Shown here: positions 57,994-64,000 of the stretch, piece by piece
Position numbering within the stretch: position 1 is the first letter of the stretch
Layout: every line of letters begins with the position of its first letter
Sequence record: DRR723986_13328
DNA: 64,000 nt
Reading direction: 5' to 3' (one strand)
Notes under the pieces: generated by a model
What the model saw: the letters and a program-made list of their open reading frames with translations, nothing else
What the model was told of the DNA's origin: nothing
Database searches by the model: none
Program-made: the position numbers and the translations under genes

Positions 57994-60354
57994 ATGAAAA
58001 CAAAAAATCTTATCCTAATCCTGGGACTTTTAATGGCGAATTTTTCAATTGGCCAAGAGTTAAAACAAACCTTAAGAGGAACAATTATCGATTTTGATTC
58101 TAAGGTTCCATTAATCGGGGCAAAAGTTATTGTAATAGGTACAGACCCTTTACAAGGAGCAGTTACTGATGTTAATGGCGATTTTAAAATTGAGCAAGTG
58201 AATGTTGGGAGGGTTGCTATTCAAATTACAAGTACGGGCTATAAACCCATTTCATTGCCTTCGGTTTTAATTGAATCAGGGAAAGAAAAAATTCTCAATG
58301 TCGAAATGACTGAAGATATTAAAACCCTAGGCGCAATTGAAGTAAAGGCTCAGAAAAATAAGTCAGAGTCCATTAATAAAATGGCAACCGTCAGTGCTAA
58401 AACTTTCACTGTCGAAGAAACTAATAGATATGCGGGTTCACTTAATGATCCGGCACGAATGGTTTCTGGATTTGCAGGGGTGACCGGTGATGCAGAAGGA
58501 GATAATGATATTGTTGTGAGAGGGAATTCCCCACGTGGAATTTTATGGCGACTAGAAGGAATTGATATTCCAAATCCTAATCATTTTTCAGATAACGGGG
58601 CGACAGGTGGCCCTATTAATGCACTCAACGGGTCAGTTTTGGCAAATTCTGATTTCTTTTCAGGTGCTTTCGCGCCAGAATATGGGAATGCCTTATCTGG
58701 AGTGTTTGATGTCAAAATGAGAACTGGAAATAATGAAAAACGTGAGTATTCTTTTTCTGCAGGTGTGATAGGTTTAGACGGAACATTAGAAGGACCATTT
58801 TCTAAAAATTATCGAGGTTCTTATATGGTGAATTATCGCTATTCTTCAATCGCCCTTTTAGATAAAGCTGGAATTCTAGATTTTGATGGGATTCCAATTT
58901 ATCAAGATGCAGCTTTTAAATTCAATTTTCCAACCAAAAAAACAGGAACTTTTACATTGATTGGACTCGGAGGTATGTCCAAAATAGACCAAACAGATCA
59001 AAACGATTCAACAGGTCAAGTCTATGGAAGATATGATTTCAGAGCAAATTTAGGGGTGGTAGGATTGAAACACACAATAATTGCAAGTCCAAAGCTTTAC
59101 TTCAAGAGTTTCATCTCAGCATCAACTCAATACAATGGTGGAGAAGGACATTTTTTAAATCAAGATAGTGTCCTGTTTTTCGCTGAACAAGAGGGAAATA
59201 CAGATAATCAGTTGAAAGCTCAAACAATTGCGAACTATAAATTGAATAAGAAGAATATTTTTCAATTGGGCGCCACCTATACGCATTTGAATTATCACTT
59301 CTTTTATGAAGATGATTATAATGACGAAGATGGAATCATGACACGGCATACAAACTCGAAAGGAAATGCCGATATGCTTCAATCTTTTTTAAGCTGGAAG
59401 TATAGAATTACAAATGATCTGACTGTGGTGTCTGGATTACATTATACGCACTATATGCTCAATGATAATTCGAAGATTGAACCGCGAATTGGTATGAAAT
59501 GGCAAGTGCATCCAAGGCATAGCTTTTCTGCAGGTTTTGGAATGCATTCAAAACTTGAGTCTCCTTCAGTATACTTATATAATGAGTTACAAGCAGACGG
59601 ATCTTATCTATATCCCAATCGTGAATTAGATTTGACTAAAAGTACACATTACGTGGTTGGTTACGATTTTAGAGTTTCTGAAAATATGCGTTTCAAAACA
59701 GAACTCTATTATCAGCAACTTTCTAATATTCCTGTAGCAAAAGATACCTCTGCAGATTTCGGACATTTCAGTTTTGTGAATTGGTCATCTGGAGTTCCTG
59801 ATTTCGAATTGGTCAATGAAGGGACTGGACGAAATTATGGTGCAGAAATTACACTTGAAAGGTTCTTTGAAAACAACTACTATTTCTTAGTTACCGGATC
59901 AATTTATAAATCACAATATACAGGGTCTGACGGTATCCAAAGAGATTCAAGATATGATGCAAATTTCGCTGCGAATATTCTGGGAGGAAAAGAATTTAAA
60001 TTCGGGAAGAAAAAGAATTTTAACAAGACGTTTGGTATCAATACAAAGGTTTCACTTCTTGGAGGAAATCGATTTACACCAATTGATTTAGTAGCCTCAC
60101 AAGATGCTGGTTATACTGTTCGTGATTGGTCAAATCCATGGGGACAGAAAGGTGAAAATGTGTTCTTTATCAATCTTGGCTTGACATACAGATGCGATAT
60201 GAAACGGGCCAGCCATTCTTTTAAAATAGATATTCAGAATTTGACGAATAATCAGGCGGTGGTTTCTGAATACTATAACGGTAGAACGGGCAAGGTCGAA
60301 ACAGATACTCAACTTTCCTTTATCCCAAACATTATTTACACGATTAAATTTTAG
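57994..60354 (+). CDS. TonB-dependent receptor (carboxypeptidase-regulatory-like N-terminus, no STN)
   Basis: LRGTIIDFDSKVPLIGA; plug DPARMV...IVVRGNSP...GAFAPEYGNALSGVFD; barrel ending YTIKF. Confidence 0.92.
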   Translation: MKTKNLILILGLLMANFSIGQELKQTLRGTIIDFDSKVPLIGAKVIVIGTDPLQGAVTDVNGDFKIEQVNVGRVAIQITSTGYKPISLPSVLIESGKEKILNVEMTEDIKTLGAIEVKAQKNKSESINKMATVSAKTFTVEETNRYAGSLNDPARMVSGFAGVTGDAEGDNDIVVRGNSPRGILWRLEGIDIPNPNHFSDNGATGGPINALNGSVLANSDFFSGAFAPEYGNALSGVFDVKMRTGNNEKREYSFSAGVIGLDGTLEGPFSKNYRGSYMVNYRYSSIALLDKAGILDFDGIPIYQDAAFKFNFPTKKTGTFTLIGLGGMSKIDQTDQNDSTGQVYGRYDFRANLGVVGLKHTIIASPKLYFKSFISASTQYNGGEGHFLNQDSVLFFAEQEGNTDNQLKAQTIANYKLNKKNIFQLGATYTHLNYHFFYEDDYNDEDGIMTRHTNSKGNADMLQSFLSWKYRITNDLTVVSGLHYTHYMLNDNSKIEPRIGMKWQVHPRHSFSAGFGMHSKLESPSVYLYNELQADGSYLYPNRELDLTKSTHYVVGYDFRVSENMRFKTELYYQQLSNIPVAKDTSADFGHFSFVNWSSGVPDFELVNEGTGRNYGAEITLERFFENNYYFLVTGSIYKSQYTGSDGIQRDSRYDANFAANILGGKEFKFGKKKNFNKTFGINTKVSLLGGNRFTPIDLVASQDAGYTVRDWSNPWGQKGENVFFINLGLTYRCDMKRASHSFKIDIQNLTNNQAVVSEYYNGRTGKVETDTQLSFIPNIIYTIKF

Positions 60355-60358
60355 TAAA

Positions 60359-61519
60359 ATGAAAAAAGCATTAGTTTTAACACTTTTAAGTTGTATATGC
60401 AACTTACTATATTCTCAAAATGATACACTTAATTCTAGAATAACTCAAGTTTCGTTTTTTTATCCCATTGGAACCAATGGAATTGAGTCAACAAAATACA
60501 CCAATAACTTTTCGTTTAACGTCCTTTATGGCCTCAACGGAGGTTTAAACGGTGTAGAATTTGGAGGACTCGTCAATTCAAATATTGGACATGTTCAAGG
60601 TGCTCAGTTCGCCGGAATTGCAAATATAAATGCGTCCGCTGCGAATGGAGTGATAGCGGCAGGAATAGGAAATTTTATTGCCGACTCCTCCAACTCTATA
60701 TGTTTGGCTGGTATTGCCAATGTAACAGGTTCAAACGTCCTCGGTTTGCAACTAGCCGGAATCACCAATACGGTAAATGGTGATGTTTCAGGTGGTCAAA
60801 TAGCCGGGATTACCAACGCAAGTCATGGAGATTTCAAAGGGATTCAAGCAGCAGGAATTGCCAATGTTAATACCGGTAATTTTAAAGGTGCACAAGTAGC
60901 TGGTATTTCTAATTTTAATGGCGGTGATCTGCAAGGAGCTCAAATTGGTTTGATAAATAGGGCGAAAAAAGTAAAGGGATTTCAGTTAGGACTGATAAAT
61001 ATCTCAAACGAATTTGAAAAAGGAGTACCACTCGGGTTAATCTCATTTGTTAGAAAAGGATATCATGCGATTGAATTATCAGGCGGTGAAACTGTGTATG
61101 GAAATCTAAACTTAAAATTAGGTGTAGATAAATTATATACCATCTATAAACTTGGATTCGCTTCACATGGAAGCAGTCAGTTTTTAACTTACGGCTTCGG
61201 TGTTGGAACGAAGGTAACGTTGTCAGAAAAATTGAATCTTTCAATTGATGGATCTGGGAATCATGTAGTCCATCAAAACTTAAATCCAAATCTTGATTTG
61301 TTGGGTAAATTAGATCTTAATTTTAGATATGATTTAGGTGATCACTTTGACCTGTTTGCGGGACCTTCATTCAATGTTTATTTATCTCAACATGATTTAG
61401 AGACTGAAAAATCAGCCCTTAACGTTCCTTATAGCTTGTTCACACATAATTGGGGAAATGGAGAAGGTCAGACATACATGTGGATAGGAGCAAATGCCGG
61501 ACTAAGCGTGAAGTTTTAA
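60359..61519 (+). CDS. 16-aa GxQxAGIxN repeat outer-membrane protein, paralog of the C-terminal part of 53131-54984
   Basis: QVSFFYPIGTNG...FSFNVLYG...GVEFGGLVN; about 10 repeats; LGLISFVRKGYH; ends WIGANAGLSVKF. Confidence 0.8.
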   Translation: MKKALVLTLLSCICNLLYSQNDTLNSRITQVSFFYPIGTNGIESTKYTNNFSFNVLYGLNGGLNGVEFGGLVNSNIGHVQGAQFAGIANINASAANGVIAAGIGNFIADSSNSICLAGIANVTGSNVLGLQLAGITNTVNGDVSGGQIAGITNASHGDFKGIQAAGIANVNTGNFKGAQVAGISNFNGGDLQGAQIGLINRAKKVKGFQLGLINISNEFEKGVPLGLISFVRKGYHAIELSGGETVYGNLNLKLGVDKLYTIYKLGFASHGSSQFLTYGFGVGTKVTLSEKLNLSIDGSGNHVVHQNLNPNLDLLGKLDLNFRYDLGDHFDLFAGPSFNVYLSQHDLETEKSALNVPYSLFTHNWGNGEGQTYMWIGANAGLSVKF

Positions 61520-62244
61520 ATCAAATTCATTTCTTCTAGAAATGCTCTTCTTTTTCTTTGGGATATGACGATTTCGTCATTATTATCCATTAACACTTTC
61601 GAATCTGAACGGATAAACGAATTCACCTTATTTAAGTTAATGAGGTGACTGTGATGCACTCTGAAAAAGTTAAGCTGTGAGAGCATACTTTCAAATTCTT
61701 TCAAGTTTTTTGAGGATAAAATTGCTTTTCCTTTTTCTAGAACACATAAGGTATACTTACCATCTGCTTCGCATCTTACAAGATTATTTATATTGATGGT
61801 TTCAAATCCTGTACTGGTGGATACTGAAATCAAATTTGCTCCAGCTGCCATTTCAGCTTTTATTTTTGATAAAAGAGCTCCAGGAGGTTTAGATTTTTCT
61901 TCCACCTTTTTTACTGCACGAATAAAGTCATCAATATTGATAGGTTTTAACAAGTAATCGACAGCATTTACCTTGAAAGCATCTAATGCATAATGATTAT
62001 AGGCTGTAATAAAAATGATGTGAAAATTTATGCCTTTAACCTCTTCTAGCAGGTCAAAGGCATTACCGTCTCCCAACTCAATATCTAAAAAAACCAGTTC
62101 AGGCTTTTTTGCTTTTATTTCTGCAATACCAGACTCCACAGAATTTGCTTCTCCAATTACTTCTAGTTTGGGAGCATATTCTTTAATGAATTTAGACATT
62201 ACTGCCCTATTCAATTTCGTATCATCAACGATTAAAGTCTTCAT
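61516..62244 (-). CDS. LytR/AlgR (LytTR) family response regulator
   Basis: IVDD, VFLDIEL, FITAY, YLLKP receiver domain; FFRVHHSHLINL LytTR domain. Confidence 0.96.
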   Translation of the reverse strand: MKTLIVDDTKLNRAVMSKFIKEYAPKLEVIGEANSVESGIAEIKAKKPELVFLDIELGDGNAFDLLEEVKGINFHIIFITAYNHYALDAFKVNAVDYLLKPINIDDFIRAVKKVEEKSKPPGALLSKIKAEMAAGANLISVSTSTGFETININNLVRCEADGKYTLCVLEKGKAILSSKNLKEFESMLSQLNFFRVHHSHLINLNKVNSFIRSDSKVLMDNNDEIVISQRKRRAFLEEMNLI

Positions 62245-64000
62245 AATCTTCAATAATAGGAAAATAAAGTATTATTTCAGTACCTTTTGATTCTCCTTTT
62301 GAGTTTTTTAAGTTATTAGTTTCTACTTGAATATCTAAATCATTCAATAAATTTAAGATGTCTATTCTTTGATTGGTGATATCAATTCCTCTTGACTTAT
62401 GAGTGCGTTTATTGGCGGTTTTTGTCGCCAATGATTTTTCATATCCAATTCCGTTATCTTGAATTCTCAATACTACTTGGGTTTCAGTTTTTGATACATT
62501 AATTTTCAAAGAACCCTTTCTGTTTTTCAAAGGTTTGATGCCATGTTTAATCGCATTCTCTATAAACGTGTGGGTGACCATTGAAGGGATAAACAAGGTT
62601 TCGGTATTAACGTTTTCATCCACTGTTAACTCAAACTCAAAAGGCTCATCAAACTGAAGCCCTTCCAATGGAACATAAATTTTAAACATGTCTAAATCTT
62701 CCTTTAAAGAGATCAGTCTTTTTTGGGCATGTTCTAGAATAATTCGGAGTAAGCGTGAAAATTGAGATAAATATTCATTGGCACGTTCCGATTCACCCAA
62801 TAAGTAAAGAGATTGTATTGAACTTAAGCAATTAAATACAAAATGCGGATTCATTTGCGATTGCAAGGCCCTTAACTCAAGACTCTTTAACTCTCCAGAC
62901 ATTTTCTTAATTTGAGCGCGACCATAACGTCTTCCTCGCCAAATGGAAAAAATGATAAAAAATATCAGAGCAGTCGTAGCAAAAACTAAGGTATGTTTGA
63001 AACTATCTTTCTCCCAGAAATGGACTTCTACTTCAAAATCAATGGTCGCTTCTGCCTCTGTACCTACTTGTTTAATTCTCAATTTATAATTCCCTAAAGG
63101 CAGTTCTGAAAAAGTCATTAATCGAGATTTACCAACGTCAAACCAACGCTCATCCAAACCTTCAATTTTATACAAGTATCGTAAATGTTGGGTTTGATAA
63201 AAATTAGGATGTGAAAACTCAAATTGTATTTGATTCTGATCCGGCCCAACAACTATAGGCTCATCAATTGAAACTCTTTTATTGTCAATTAAAACATTGT
63301 CAATTACAATCTTATTTTCATTAGTAAGGCCTTTTATTTTCATTGGGTCAACACAGGCCGGTCCAGATATCATTGAGAACCAAATTTTCCCATCATATGA
63401 TTTAAATCCTTTGTTTTGAGTTCTTGAGTTTCCTTCTGAATTTGCTAAACCATCTGCCGAGGTATAATGTTGGCTAGAAAAACCAGGGCTTTGATTGTTG
63501 ACATAAGCAATTAGTTCCTTTCTACTAACTCGGTAAATTCCCTGATTGCTGTTCATCCAAAAATAACCCATGTCATCCTCTATGATACACCAAACGTTTT
63601 TATTTAGACGACCATCATTTGTAGGTAATTGAACCAAACCAAATCCATCAAAAAAACAAAGCCCATATTGAGATGTGCCAATCCAATAGTTGCGATCTTC
63701 ATCTTGATATATTGACCTAATATCATCTGTAGGCAAGCCTTTTTCCCTTGTGAAAATTTGATTGATTTGGTTTTCTTTGAAATGAACTATCCCCTCGTTT
63801 GTACAAGCTAGAATATGATGGTCTCTATCCTCATAGAAGGAAAATATTTTACCTAAAGATTTACTTCCTTCTATTAAATGAAATTCGTCATTTTCTAATA
63901 AGAAAGTGCCCTCATTTGTGCCTAAATAAACCTGACCTGAGGCTGATGTGAAAAGTGAAAATGTTATTTTTCCATTTACGTCATCAGAAAAAGGTAAAAA
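62225..64000 (-). CDS. LytS-type sensor histidine kinase with periplasmic propeller and Y_Y_Y domains (5' end beyond window)
   Basis: Frame is open from 62225 to the window end; D..RNYWIGT propeller repeats, YLYKIEGLD..W, TM, LQSQMNPHFVFN, ENAIKHG, IQDNGIG. Confidence 0.93.
   Translation of the reverse strand, partial: FLPFSDDVNGKITFSLFTSASGQVYLGTNEGTFLLENDEFHLIEGSKSLGKIFSFYEDRDHHILACTNEGIVHFKENQINQIFTREKGLPTDDIRSIYQDEDRNYWIGTSQYGLCFFDGFGLVQLPTNDGRLNKNVWCIIEDDMGYFWMNSNQGIYRVSRKELIAYVNNQSPGFSSQHYTSADGLANSEGNSRTQNKGFKSYDGKIWFSMISGPACVDPMKIKGLTNENKIVIDNVLIDNKRVSIDEPIVVGPDQNQIQFEFSHPNFYQTQHLRYLYKIEGLDERWFDVGKSRLMTFSELPLGNYKLRIKQVGTEAEATIDFEVEVHFWEKDSFKHTLVFATTALIFFIIFSIWRGRRYGRAQIKKMSGELKSLELRALQSQMNPHFVFNCLSSIQSLYLLGESERANEYLSQFSRLLRIILEHAQKRLISLKEDLDMFKIYVPLEGLQFDEPFEFELTVDENVNTETLFIPSMVTHTFIENAIKHGIKPLKNRKGSLKINVSKTETQVVLRIQDNGIGYEKSLATKTANKRTHKSRGIDITNQRIDILNLLNDLDIQVETNNLKNSKGESKGTEIILYFPIIEDYEDFNR

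Overview
A gene-dense, AT-rich chromosomal segment from a Bacteroidota (probably Flavobacteriales) genome. The assignment is inferred from T9SS C-terminal domains, TAnnTTTG promoters and a fused moaCB. Housekeeping genes (mutS, TrmH-type methyltransferase, hutU, hldD/rfaD, YccA, alkA-type glycosylase, SF1 helicase) are interleaved with many secreted T9SS cargo proteins: two CotH kinases, a glycine-rich protein, a PA-domain protein, a 2438-aa beta-solenoid protein and a LamG/PKD protein. The window also holds an nfeD-flotillin operon, a partial and rearranged molybdenum-cofactor cluster studded with REP-like palindromes, and a SulP/CstB-like/rhodanese sulfur cluster. The best candidate for an undescribed system lies at 50.7-61.5 kb. 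It is an ECF sigma/FecR surface-signalling regulon marked by three exact TAGGGGTA-N13-TTGTCAT motifs. Its STN-like signalling domain sits on a non-TonB, 16-aa-repeat outer-membrane protein, while the co-regulated TonB-dependent receptor lacks that domain. Other signals outside the ORF track: a candidate ~115-nt structured ncRNA (19615-19729), a 44-aa acidic lipoprotein (44621-44755), a REP nested inside a REP (32751-32818), and two identically spaced palindromic operators in the sulfur cluster. I saw no rRNA, tRNA, CRISPR array, transposase or integrase. All family assignments come from motif recognition by eye; no searches were run.
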